64,000 bases of DNA from Tubiluchus corallicola (GCA_030141605.1 JAQGDQ010000303.1:1-64000); one strand, 5' to 3'; numbered from the stretch's first letter, positions 1-12,300 are shown. Notes: generated by a model not told the origin, from the letters alone. Translations and numbers: made by a program.

Positions 1-115
1 TGAAAAGTCAGAAGAATTCTGTTTTAATACTAATAATAGTAATATAAATTGCAAATCAGAATTTTCTTTCGGATAAATTTTGTGGCCCTGAAAAGGGCCG
101 GTTGGTTATATTTAA

Positions 116-337
116 GGTTCTCGATGATTCATATGAAGTTCAATTGAAGAAATTGTACACGCAGTTGGATCCGCGTCATGTTCGGAAGCAGAAGTGGTTC
201 TCGATGATTCATATGAAGTTCAATTTAAGAAATTGTACACGCAGTTGGATCCGCGTCATGTTCGGAAGCAGAAGTGGTTCTCGATGATTCATATGAAGTT
301 CAATTGAAGAAATTGTACACGCAGTTGGATCCGCGTC
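116..337. repeat. 80-bp tandem repeat, ~2.8 near-identical copies
   Basis: Unit ggttctcgatgattcatatgaagttcaattgaagaaattgtacacgcagttggatccgcgtcatgttcggaagcagaagt recurs at 116, 196 and 276 (last copy partial); no unique spacers. Confidence 0.95.
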
Positions 338-758
338 GTCTGTTGTTGTATGGGCGTTGTCTATAACGTTGTCTGTTATGCCTGGGATGTATATGTTGTT
401 GCTGTTGTGGTAATTGTTGCTGTTGTTGTAATAGTTGTTGCTGTTGTGGTAATTGTTGCTGTTGTTGTAATAGTTGTTGCTGTTGTTGTAATTGTTGTTG
501 TTGCTGTTGTTGTATGCGTGAAATGCGTTCAAGTTGGGTTTGCACATGGGCCATGAATTGTTCAAGAATTTGTTGTTGGTGCTGTTGTTGATTTTCCTGT
601 TCCTGTCCTTGTTCTTGTTCGTGTCGTTGTTCTTGTTCGTGTCTTTGTTCTTGTTCGTGTCTTTGTTCTTGTTCGTGTCTTTGTTCTTGTTCGTGTCCTT
701 GTTCTTGTTCGTGTCCTTGTTCCTGTTCGTTTGGATTCAACTGCAATTTCTCCATTTT
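300..758 (-). CDS. Secreted Gln/Glu/His-rich repeat protein, exon 2 (KMEKLQLNPNEQEQGHEQ...poly-Q...RRRGSNCVYNFFN*)
   Basis: Acceptor tatgttacag| at 760-759 joins exon 1 in phase 0 to the frame of ORF 300..863. Contains 18-bp repeats coding EQ(G/R)HEQ, followed by CAA/CAG runs. Confidence 0.7.
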   Translation of the reverse strand, partial: KMEKLQLNPNEQEQGHEQEQGHEQEQRHEQEQRHEQEQRHEQEQRHEQEQGQEQENQQQHQQQILEQFMAHVQTQLERISRIQQQQQQQLQQQQQLLQQQQQLPQQQQLLQQQQQLPQQQQHIHPRHNRQRYRQRPYNNRRRGSNCVYNFFN

Positions 759-953
759 CTGTAACATAGACATATTTTTGTTAAAAAAACAAAGATTTTT
801 CAAACAATATGGAAAATTATTCTTCATTTCATTTTTTGCATAACATAACATGTATGAAACCAAACATGTTATTCAGAAAACTTTAGACTTAAATAGTTTT
901 AGATATTTTGATAATAAATGCTAATGTAAATTAATATAAGAGAAATTTATTAC

Positions 954-1031
954 CTTGGAAATATTGCTTTTTCCTCCGAAGACAAGACAAAGAATGCCAA
1001 AAAATAGTACTAATGCCAGTGTAAAACGCAT
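954..1031 (-). CDS. Secreted Gln-rich protein, exon 1 (signal peptide MRFTLALVLFFGILCLVFGGKSNISK)
   Basis: ATG at 1031; 26 codons with a basic n-region, hydrophobic core and small residues; ends at AAG|gtaata donor (phase 0). Too short for the ORF track. Confidence 0.72.
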
Positions 1032-1042
1032 CTTGAAGAAGT

Positions 1043-1073
1043 GCTGAAATTTTGGCGGCTACAGATTTTTATA
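1043..1073 (-). promoter_or_regulatory. TATA box plus initiator-like element of the Gln-rich gene
   Basis: Minus-strand TATAAAAA at 1073-1066 and TTTCAGC (Inr-like, A at 1045) 28 nt downstream, 14 nt before the ATG. Confidence 0.6.
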
Positions 1074-2009
1074 GCTACCCAGGGATTAAGACGACTGAAT
1101 TGTTACACGGACGTTAACGTACATGCTTAATTGTTCTCGTTACGCGGTCGTTACAGTACACGTCGCGTTTCAGATATTGAGCAGCGGAAATTTTTATAGT
1201 GTGTACTCCAACGCGAGTGTGAAATATGTCACTTTCAATCCGAATGTGTACTTTAACGGCAGTGTAATGTGGTTCAATGCTAATCCGTTGAATTGTAAAA
1301 AGACACGACGTTGTTAATAAGAAATTTCCAACTGATGTAATTAAAACAGAATTTAAAGAAATTAAGACTGCGGGCCTTACAATAGCTGTGTTTAAACTTT
1401 AAATTTCTAAGTTTCGTACGCTTGAGAATCGAACATCGTAAGACGTAGCCTATAAGCCTATAATTGTACTGCCGCCTGAACAACCATGGATGTTTAATAA
1501 ATTCGAAGCCGCCGCAGCCTGCCTCAGAGGTTTACCGCTTTGGTAGTACAGCTGAGCAGAATCGGTACCAGATGTAATATCAAGCACTTAATGATTTTAA
1601 TGAAAAGCAGTAAAATAGAGGGCAGTGTTTCGAGATAGTTATGATTTTGCTAACTAAGAGTTTTATAGTTCACATTTAATATTTTAGTATACAAGTTTAT
1701 ATTGCACAATGTTTTTCATACCACGTAAAGTATATCGCTTAATATTGTAAATCTTCTCACATAACTAATTGTTAACTTAACTAATTTGTACTACAAACTA
1801 AAAAAAATTATATAGGGCTAATTACAATATGGGCTTAACGTTTAAACCGTACAATAAGTTCGTCTATGTACATCTTTAGTGCTGCCCATTACTATCAAAT
1901 TACAATAGAAGATACAATGAGAAATAAGTTTAACATACACACAGTGGGTTTGATGGAAATCACTTATAAACGCGGTTAATATAATCTCTTATATTAATCC
2001 ATTGTGCTC

Positions 2010-3130
2010 TACTCTGCTTACAACTTTAATTCAGCAAAAAGCTACAGGCTTTGCGTTAGTTAAACAAACAGTAGGCATGATGTTACGGCCTTTGCGTTAT
2101 AAATGAGGACTAGGTAGGATGTTCGCGTATTATTGATTACACGTGTATTTATACGCAAAATCTTTTGCGGGGCGTTTGCTATTTATTATATTATAGCACA
2201 TAGTTTCAACTTTGTGAAAAATTTTTGGAATGGTTTTGTTGTAATGCTGTGCTGTTGGTGCTTGTGCTATAGGTGTCGTCATCGTTGCCACCATCATCAT
2301 CATCAACATCATGATCACCACGTGAGGTGGTGGATTTGATGTGGTGTGGTGGTGGTGTGCTTTGTGTGTTGTGCTATGCATGGTGTGGTGGGGTGATAGG
2401 GTGTGTGGGGTGTGGTGTGGGTAGTGTGGTATGGAGTGGGTGGCGTGGTGTGTGGGTGGGTGTTGTAGTGCAGTGTGGTGTTATGGTGTGGTGTGGTGCA
2501 GTGCGGTGTGATGTGGTGGAGTATTATGGTGTGGGTGGTGTGGTGTGGTGTGTGGGTGGTGCGGTGTGGTGTGATGTGGTGGAGTAGTATGGTGTGGGTG
2601 GGTGGTGTGTTGCAGTGTGGTGTTATGGTGTGGTGCTGTGCAGTGTGATGTTGTGGAGTATTATGGTGTGGGTGGTGTGGTGTGGTGTGTGGGTGGTGCA
2701 GTGGTATGGTGTGGTGCAGTGTGGTGTGATGTGGTGGAGTGGTATGGTGTGGGTGGTATGGTGTGGTGCAGTGCGGTGTGCTGGTATTGTGTGGTGCAGT
2801 GTGGTGCGATGAGGTGGAGTGGTATGGTGTGGTGCAGTGTGGTGTGATGAGGTGGAGTGGTGTGGTGTGGGTTGTGTGTTGACTTGTGCACAAAATTCTT
2901 TTTGTGGGGTTTGGCTAGAATGTAGTGGTATGGTGTGGTGCAGTGTGGTGTGATGTGGTGGAGTGGTATGGTGTGGGTGGTGTGGTGTGTAGGTGGTATT
3001 GTGTGGTGCAGTGTGGTGCGATGAGGTGGAGTGGTATGGTGTGGTGCAGTGTGGTGTGATGGGGTGGAGTGGTGTGGTGTGGGTTGTGTGTTGATTTGTG
3101 CACAAAATTCTTTTTGTGGGGTTTGGTTAG
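2010..3130 (+). mobile_element. Non-autonomous Helitron-like repeat cluster with internal (TGTGG)n minisatellite
   Basis: Segments are shared with 9395-12571. Hairpin (cgcaaaa/ttttgcg or cacaaaa/ttttgtg) is followed by CTA(G)/TTAG at ~2154-2181, 2889-2918 and 3101-3130. Confidence 0.6.
2330..3095. repeat. GT-rich (TGTGG-based) minisatellite with higher-order repeats
   Basis: Degenerate tgtgg/gtggt units with recurring tggtatggtgtggtgcagtgtggtgtgatgtgg blocks; source of the His/Thr/Pro and Val/Trp/Cys ORFs. Confidence 0.92.
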
Positions 3131-5447
3131 TTTCTGTATATATTGTATATATATATACCAAGAATATTAATATAATAGTAGATTAGTAATTACTGTACTT
3201 TAGGGTTTATAGTATAATGATATAGTATAGTAATAATTGTACCACTGGTACAATTTTTTAAAGTTTTTGGTATGACACTGATTTGGAATTGAAGCCGTAA
3301 CTTCTTAGGCGAAAAGTAAGTATGCAATCACCGTGCTAACACTCATCAGGTAACTTCATCGTGGTAGTGCTCCTATATGATAAGAAAATAAATGCATAGA
3401 TAAATTATCTACATCGTTTTTTGCGTTCTTGAAACTGTGAAGTTAGTTACTATTACTGATACGCATCGCAGATCTCTAATATCTGTACGCGGGCTTCAGA
3501 CTACATCATCCATGACGTCACGCTACGTGCTTAACTGTAGAATAGTAGCAGTGAATTAATCCTATTCTTATAGAAGCTTAATATAGCTCAGTACTATATG
3601 TTGCCAGTTTTAATTCTGTTCGAAGTGACAGTAACTTGATAACGCCGCAGGCGTTATTAATGCCTTCAGAATCTTGGAATTACATGCTGAGAGTGCATTT
3701 CTTCAATAATCTCTTATTGGTGTACTTATGAGAGCAACACAATTTAATTTGCTAGATTTACCAGTAGGTAGCGCTACGGGTGTAGGCCTACCACAAAGGT
3801 GCTTCCTTGGGTTTCACAAATTTAGGGCCAACTCTGCATCTACACCAAAATGTTGAGGACTAGTAACAAGGTCTGTAACAGACAAAGTCGGTGGTCCATT
3901 ATTGCCCAGTTATGCTGACATTATGCTCAGTGGTTGGCAAATAAACAGCAGACATAGGCCACTTCTCTCTTTGTAGTGACTGAACAAAAAATTACGGGAA
4001 GAGAAGTAAAAGAGTGCTTGTGACACTATAATTGAAATATCTCGCAAGGGCAAACGAATAGTCTTTAGAAATGTGTTGTTTTAGAGAGCCGTATATCAAT
4101 GCTGAAACTACCAATTTTTTACCCGGAATTAGCCATGTCGGTAATACTGCCGCACCTAAACATAGCATGCGCATTTACAGAAAGGGAGGCATATCCCTTC
4201 ACCTCTTTTTGACTTCACGTCAGAAAGAAAGGGTAGGCTTAGCAATTTCCAAAAACTAGAAAGAATTATTAAATTGTTTTACTCATTGTTTTATTTGACT
4301 GTTACGTCGCACATAATTACATTTTGCTCATGTTGTTGCAAATATCTTGAAGGAACTCACATATTCAATTCCAGTATATGAATGCAATAATCAAAACACA
4401 TTATCAGTGATTAGTGGGCGTTGTTGTTGCGCGAGTTCTGACAAATAAGCAGCGAATTTGCTGTGTACTACGAAATATCACGATATCCCCAAGTGGCGTG
4501 AGAAGTTAAATGCTGAGCTTCAGATTTATTATAGGAAAACTAATATGAAATGTTTCTTCATTGAAGTAAGGACGTGATGTATTAATAAGGTTTCAGCGCT
4601 CCAAGTTGTGTTTCTGTGTTTTTAATAAAATTGTTTAAAAGATTCTACATAGCTGCGTAAAGGGTTTAATGTTTATAATTATACAGCATACGGGAAGTGC
4701 AAAAACTAAGTTTAAAAACTGCTCATTTCAGAAATGCACTGAACGAAAATTCAGGCGACTACATACCTCTAAAGCGAACAAATTCACCTTACTGTAGCAT
4801 GTTTTACTCATAATTAGAAAGGTTTATTAAGCATGATATTAAACTCCCTATGATCACCAAAACTTTCCCTAACTCTGGTGACTTAAAATTAAGACAAGAC
4901 AAAGAAACGGAGCAAGAAACACTGTTAGCAGTCAGCAATCAGTGTTATGGACTTGATTAGGTCCGTGAATGAATGACTATGGCATGTGGTAAGTTTTAAT
5001 TGTAAAGCGTGCTAGTATATATTATACATGTGTAGTATAGATTGCAGAGAAAAATAAAAATGTTTGCCATTAAATGTGTTATTCACAAAAGCTTTTATAA
5101 ATTCTGCTTGTCCCTTTAAATATGATTTTAACCTATCTAAGCAACTTAACTTATATATTACAGACAGCTAGTCTTTCGCGTGCTATGATCACTTAGCTTA
5201 ACTCAGTTAAGTGTCATAAAAAATTTTATTGGTTAAGAAACAATAGTTTTGAGTCGCGTGCAACTATCGTCACAAGCATGTTACATCCCTTACAGGCAAA
5301 CTTGTAAGAACATAAGCTGACCATCTAGCTTGAACCGATTGTTTTTTTTCAGTTAACACGTCCACATTGTTTTTCACCCACGCGTCTAAGACAGCAGAAT
5401 GCCTTCTGTAACAAGGGAAGTTTCACAGCTTCATTTGTGATATTCAC

Positions 5448-6854
5448 TCAAGAATATATAACTGTAAGTGATCTCCCTACTCCAGCTTGAATGTCAGAAC
5501 CCGCTAATGTTCGCTGGTTGTTAGAAACATAGCATGCATTTTGTTTGATTGAACAATTCTCGTACACCTGATCTTGGGTTTCCGTCACTTCTGCGTTATT
5601 TTTGTCGCAAGAACGCTTTTCCGTGCGTCGTTGACGCATAATTTTGCTCGTCAGAGATTTCCATGAGTGACGTAAGAAATTATTGTTAGAGCTAGAAGCT
5701 TCTTCACAACTTTCGGTATTAACGGCTTGCGCTTTTGCGCAACCACAAAGGTTGCGCACCGCCATTTGAAACTTTTCCATAAAAAGACAATAACAGATAG
5801 GATTGACTGAGGAGTTGCTGAGAGCTAGCCATTGAACTATTGGATAAACCAAGGTGGCCATGTAAGCTTCGTTGTTCTGAAAATCTACGCCCTCTCGCGT
5901 AAAATCTAACCACAACACTACCACGTGATATGGCAGCCACGTGACACCGAAAATGATGGTCAATATGATGATTAATTTCACGAGTTTTCTTCGTTTGTTT
6001 TGCACTTTTTCTAATTGTATCATTTGGCTCTCAACCCCATCTTCGTTTTTTAAACGCTTGTCTCCGTACCACAATGTTTTTCCAATCACTGCGTATGTGT
6101 ATAACATGAACACCATTGGAATCAAATACAAGACTACGAATATAAAACAGTTATAAATCCGTTTGTACAAGATGTTCGTGTATGTTTCTCGACATAAGGT
6201 TATCCCGTGCGAATCGGTTATAGTTCTATTCACAAACAACATTGGTGTCATGGTTAAAGCAGATACGACCCAAACCGATAGAACCATGCAGTGAACCCTC
6301 GCACCGTGAAAGATAATTCGAGCTTTCATTGGGTAGTAAATCTTATAGTACCTGTCCAGCGATACTACTATCAAGGTCAGTACACTAACGGAAACGGAAA
6401 CACCTTGCACAAATGGGGTTAGTTTGCACATGACGTCACCGTAAATCCACACCCGGTAGACAGTGGCGCCTAGTGTCAATGGCATTGATACCAGTACTAC
6501 CATGACGTCACCAACGGCCAGGTTAAGCAGGAATGTGTAAGTCAGATTTCGCATTGTTTTAAACTTGATTACAACTGCAAACACCAGAATGTTCCCCACT
6601 AAACCCAAACAGAATGCTAAGGCGTAGGCGATGATGAGGGCTATGGTCAGAGGCGTCTTGTGAGTGTACATGGTGTTCAGGATAAAATTCTTGTCCATGC
6701 CTGCCAACCATACGTCCAGCTGTGACGCGTCTACGCCGCACGTTTTTGTTTCGTTGGTTCCGTTGCTGATACAGGGAATCCATGCCTCGCTGTTTAGCAA
6801 CTCGGTTATGTTAATCGGATATCCCGTAAAATCACCAAGTTGACCTATGTCCAT
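5448..6854 (-). CDS. Class A (rhodopsin-like) neuropeptide GPCR, orexin/allatotropin/SIFamide/NPFF-type, intronless CDS, 468 aa
   Basis: Seven hydrophobic segments with GN (TM1), NLAVGD (TM2), CKLTPFVQGVSVSVSVLTL and DRY (TM3), WLPY (TM6) and SNSSVNPICY (TM7). N-glycosylation sequons NIT/NGT/NET in the N-terminus. Confidence 0.95.
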   Translation of the reverse strand: MDIGQLGDFTGYPINITELLNSEAWIPCISNGTNETKTCGVDASQLDVWLAGMDKNFILNTMYTHKTPLTIALIIAYALAFCLGLVGNILVFAVVIKFKTMRNLTYTFLLNLAVGDVMVVLVSMPLTLGATVYRVWIYGDVMCKLTPFVQGVSVSVSVLTLIVVSLDRYYKIYYPMKARIIFHGARVHCMVLSVWVVSALTMTPMLFVNRTITDSHGITLCRETYTNILYKRIYNCFIFVVLYLIPMVFMLYTYAVIGKTLWYGDKRLKNEDGVESQMIQLEKVQNKRRKLVKLIIILTIIFGVTWLPYHVVVLWLDFTREGVDFQNNEAYMATLVYPIVQWLALSNSSVNPICYCLFMEKFQMAVRNLCGCAKAQAVNTESCEEASSSNNNFLRHSWKSLTSKIMRQRRTEKRSCDKNNAEVTETQDQVYENCSIKQNACYVSNNQRTLAGSDIQAGVGRSLTVIYS

Positions 6855-6880
6855 CTTGAATAGTAAGAACAGCCTTGCGT

Positions 6881-6900
6881 CTAAAATAAAAAGAAAACGT
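6881..6900 (-). promoter_or_regulatory. Splice acceptor of a 5'-UTR intron of the GPCR
   Basis: Minus-strand acgttttctttttattttag| ends 26 nt upstream of the ATG at 6854. Confidence 0.65.
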
Positions 6901-9394
6901 TGTCAATAAACATTATGTTATGAAAGTGTACTGCGTTATTTTCGTTATCTCTTTTACTTTTAATTTTAAGCATAGCCTAGTTTAGCAAAATTTGTGTACC
7001 TAAAGGACGATTCGAAAGTCGAGACTGATATAGACTCAGCATTAATTAATTACAGCTTTTAATCGACTATAGCCATAATATAGGTCATGATATTATTCTC
7101 GGTTCTTCTTGTCATGGGCCTTCTTATAAGTCAAGGTGGATCACGTTGGATCGGCGTTACATACATTCATAGGAAGACTTTATTCGATCAACAGTAAGTT
7201 CTGCAGAGAAAACTATTTACGCCCTATTGGCAACGTGACTCGGGCAAGTAAGTCTGTTTGCAAGTATTTAGGAATTCTTCTGTTAAGAAAGGCAGCTTGC
7301 CGAAATAAAACATATTAAAAATAAAGCCTATTTTGCACCTAGGCTTGATGGTGTAGGAGATTCTTAGTAAATTTTTAAACTAATGCTTGTATCTCAAAAG
7401 GGCCGATTTTTTGTTGAGTATACCCGAGACCATGTTCTAACAGAGTCTGAAGAGAAAAATTGTATTGCAATTTGTTCTAGGTACCTCCTTGCTAAGACCT
7501 CTTTTTACCCACGTATAGGTAAGCCTGGCTGCGGAAGTAAGTAGGAATTCTCCTGGTAAGTAAGGCAGTTCGCAAAAGTCACTAATGATTTTTCTGGTAA
7601 GATTAAACATTAATTCTCTGTATTTTTAATTCTTTATCTGATATCGTGAACAAAAGAGTTGTTGTATCTTTTCTGAGTGTGGTTTTCTCTTGCTTTTTTA
7701 TAGCAATTTTTTGCAAGAATCGTCTGACATAGCAGTCTTGAACTTGCTGTTATTATGTCCAGGAAGAGACAGGCAGGAAATTTTGAACAAACGTTTCATT
7801 ATATATACATATATATAACATATATTATATAGTTATAATAGATAAACCGCTACATGTGATATGTGCGGTATGTGACAGAATTCAATAATCAGTGGCATTG
7901 TAAGGTGATAACGAATCTATATTTACCACAACTGAAAGTGTAAGGCTTTTATTCCTGGTAAAATGGCATTCATGCTTAGGAATTTCAGATGACCAGGCCG
8001 TTGAAAAGTGTTGAAAATTGCTCACTGCAAAGATTTGATCTATACTCGTCTTTTCTCAGCTCTTCCTATAGTCATTTAGTGTCTATCTTTTAAGAGATTG
8101 AGCGTTTCGACACTTGAAGTAATCGGTTACACTAGTGAGAGCAACACTAGTACTTTCAGCAAAGATGGATGCCCTTTGCATTTATAATTGTGTTTTATCT
8201 ACGAAGACCTGTCAATTATTAAGTAGAACTCGTACCATCACCCAATAAATTTCTATGGCCGATGTCTAATATCTATCGAGTAAGATCTTATAATGTATTA
8301 ACATTTACTATTAACGTCTAATGAAAGTCTTGCCATCTATTCTTTAGTATCGCACCACAAGCACCAACACTGGCTCCTTAAAAGACGTCCTAGCAATAAT
8401 AAGGCTAGCTTTAGTAAAGACATATATACTTAGCACTTATTGCTCTATAGTAAATGCCTAAGTGGAAGCTTCTCATACGAATATGTCAATTCATTTGATG
8501 ACATTATGCCGAAAAAATTAAACCAACTTGAAATCGTTAAAAACAATTTGTTTCACTTCAACTTCTAATGTTTACATCAAATATATAGCAAGTAAATAAG
8601 CCATTAAGAAAAATCCTTAAAACTCCTAAGGTAGTCATCGAAACATTTTGAGTTAAAATTTCTTTATACAATTTGGCAAATTAAGGTTTAGCTATTTGGA
8701 AATTAGGGTCATGTAACCAAGTAACCAAGTTTATTTCCGTCCTTCCTAAGGAGCAAAGATTAGAATAAGGAGCCTAGTTATGGGATTTCCCACAAGACAT
8801 TTGTGGTGTGTTTAAGTGTGCAATTGTTTCAGATCACTCTAATACTAACCAGTTAGACTAATTGGTCTGTTAACTAATGCTAATTAATGGCAGTGAAGTA
8901 AAACTGTTTAATTACAAAATGAATCTTGGAGGAACAATTTTCGATCGGCGCCCTATTTTATTTGAGTTACTTTCAACAATACCTGACACTGCCAAAACAA
9001 ATATCGTGTATAATTCCCAAGAAGATGTTTAGTATTCCAATTCTTTTAATTAAGCAATTGATTACCTGACATTCGCAGACTAAATCATGCAGTCAACCAA
9101 CAGAAACCGGATAAAATAATCGATCATCTACGTTTTGTTTTGGAGAGAGGTCCACCGTACGAAACGAGAAGGGTGTATTTCGAAGTTCTTTTTCAACCCC
9201 CTGTGCTGCACGCTATTTGGACCATCCATTGTCTTTGAGTTTGCGAAATTTCACGGCTGTTCCAGGCATTGCAGCGGTACAGACTTTACATGTAAGTAAG
9301 TTGTGTTAACGTTTCATCATTTGAGAAGCGGAAAACAAAACTATGTGGAAGGTCCGCGCATTATTGATCATTGCTAAACAGACTAAGAGCATTT

Positions 9395-12300
9395 ATTATA
9401 GCACATAGATTCAAGTTTGTGGAAAATGTTTTTTGTTGTGATACTGTGTTGTTGGTGCTGTAGGTGTCATCATCGTTGCCGCCATCATCATCATCATCAT
9501 GATGTGAGGATGTGGATTTGATGTGGTGTGGATTGTGTGGTGTGGTGGTGGAGGTGTGCTCTGGGTGTTGTGCTATGGATGGTGTGGTGGGGTGGTAGGG
9601 TGTGTCTGGTGTGGCATGGTGTGAGTTTGATGATGTGGTGTGTGTGGCGTTGCTGTAGTGGTGTGGGTGGTGTGGTGCAGGTAGTGTGGTATGGTGTGGT
9701 GCAGTGTGGTGTGATGTGGTGAGGAGTGGTGTGGTTTAGTTTGGTCTGGGTAGCATGGTGTGGTATTGATAATGTGGTGTATGTGGTCTTGCTGTAGTGG
9801 TGTGGGTGGTGTGGTGCAGGTAGTGTGGTATGGTGTGGTGCAGTGTGGTGTGATGTGGTGAGGTGTGGTGTTGGTTGTGTGGTGTGAGTTGTGCGGCAAG
9901 TGTGGGTGGTGTAGTGTGGGTTATGTGTTCATTTATGCACAAAATTCTTTTTGCGGGGTTTGGCTAGTCTATATATTAATTTCCGTGGTATGGGCTTAAT
10001 ATATATATATATAGTGTGGCATGGTGTGTGTGGTGTTGCTGTAGTGGTGTGGGTGGTGTGGTGTAGGTAGTGAGGTATGGAGTGGTGCCGTGTGGTGTGA
10101 TGTGGTGAGGTGAGGAATTAATTAGATGTTCTATTTTTGACAATTTTCGCTTGGAAAACTGCTGACACAAAACAACTGTTCTGACGTCATCCATTATACT
10201 CTGTCTGTTACCTTATAACTTTAATTCAGTAAAAGCTGCTGCTCGCTTGCGTTATAAATGAGAAGTATGTAGGATGTTCGCGCATTGTTGATTATAAGTG
10301 GATTTGTACGCACTTTGCTAGTCTATATATTAATTTCGCTGGTATAGGCTACAGCTTCGACGGCGGCACCATTTGCGGCGATCTATATATCAAACGAAAG
10401 GTCTCGATCTGGTGTCGTGCCATTGGGGGTTTATTTTTCTAATAGGGCCCACCGGGAGGAACGGGGGGTGAAAAACCGCCAAAAATGGTCATTTTTCGCC
10501 CGTTTTTTGCAAAATCTACACTTCTCATTTCTGAAGAACTTTAAACTGGGTGTCAAACTGCTGAGTTTTTATACAGCTAATAATGATTTTTTGTTCTGCA
10601 TGCTGCATGCCCAACAACTTTTTTGTAACACCAAGAATGATGGGTTAAATTTAACTGTAAAATTATTTTACAGAGGCTAGCAAATGTGAAGTGTGCAATA
10701 AAAACTTATTTATAAATACATAGTAATGCAATTTGTTGGATCTCTTAGTGTCATCAAAATCACAAGGCATAGACAGCTAGTAGTTTTCTATGTTTTTTTT
10801 GTACAAATTGCCATACTAACTCTCACTTGTGCATTTCTGTACAATACAGCTTTTACTGTTTACATAACCACAAATACCTCATTTTACACTGACATTGGCT
10901 GCAGCGACGTCTGATCAGATCCACTGTAGGCTGACTGACAGCAAAAATTAAAAAGTTGTTGACATGCTTTTGATGCTTCCACAAAGAATTATCCTGAGCT
11001 TTTAGTTAAGCTAAGTGAAGGCAGATCCATGTTTAATTTAGTTAATGGGGGTAGCCCAAGCCTTTATTTTCCTTTTCCTTTGTACCAACTAACTCCCTGT
11101 TAGTGATTGAATTACAGAATGGATGATAATCATGGATGAATATTCAATACGTTAAAACCAAGATATATGTTTCCTCGTATAAACTTCACTTGTTTTGCAC
11201 ATCTGCGTGGAGATGTAGTTTTAGATATGCCATACAGATACACCTTGACAGTGTACATGTATAGTGAGTGGAAGCCAGAACAGTGACCTAGAAAAGTTAG
11301 TTCAGGTGCAGAGCTGCTTACGTTTGGATGTTAAAAGCAGCCATGTTAATAAAAAGCAGTGAATAAATGTTGGTAACAACATGAAATTGATTGTGGAGCC
11401 GACAATGGTTACCTTGGTATAGCTGTAGCTGGTGATGTTGATAGACTAGACCCTCTGTCAAAGTCAACTATCCTATATACGTCAGTCAGAGGTGCAAAGC
11501 GCTTGAACACTTACTGTAGTCCCATAGGAGAGATTGTGACTTTTCAAATGCCATCTTGAGAGTCGCGATCTCTCCTGAGGGACTTTACAGCAGTACTGCA
11601 TTTAAGGGTTAATACCATAGTCTAACCAGGCGAATCTGACTGTATTATTTCCCTGATGTATGCCCACAGACTGACACTAACAGTATACTGTGGCCTCTTA
11701 GTCTTATTGGACCATGGAACATTGCGAAAGGCAATGAACTGCGGTTTGGTGCAGTATATCCTGAAAAAGAGCACCCCAAAATTACCCAAGGACTAGTTTC
11801 TATTAGTTCCAAATAAATCTACATTTTCTAGCCTTCTTTTCCAACCGCACACAAGGGCTGATAGCATGGCCTACCCTGTTCAATTAACAGGCAACAGTGC
11901 ACTGAAGTGAGTGCCCAATGTTATGTAAACATGTGCACGTGGTTGACGAACGCCTGACATTGTTTACATGTGTGTAGTCATGGCTGTTTGAGGAATCTGA
12001 TTGGTTAATGCTAATGAGGGAAATAATCTGTCCGGAACTCGGTTGCAAAAAAAAATTTCGCGAACGGGCCGGGGGCGGTGCCAGCCATGGATAGATAGCC
12101 CGTTCAGCGGTGGGTGTAGTAGGCATATTTAGAATTCGCGAGAGGGCCACGGCGTCCCGCAACGGACGTTTTCCGGACCCAACTCGCGATTTTTTTCGAA
12201 ATTTTGGTCAAACGGTCTGTAGAAAAACGTTCTAGCAGCGCTTATGTGACTCTTGGAAGGAGATATATGGCTCTTTAGAAAGAGCAAGAACAGGGCTACA

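Noticed and set aside
116-337. CRISPR-like array
   Set aside because: Units are contiguous and near-identical with no variable spacers; eukaryotic context; no cas genes.
759-863. N-terminus of ORF 300..863 as annotated
   Set aside because: Lies within the predicted intron; the spliced signal-peptide exon is a better start.
2130-3161. His/Thr/Pro-rich and Val/Trp/Cys-rich ORFs (also 9528-10194)
   Set aside because: Translations of the TGTGG minisatellite, open in many frames on both strands.
5719-6783. Short ORFs overlapping the GPCR
   Set aside because: Alternative-frame or antisense shadows of a real CDS.
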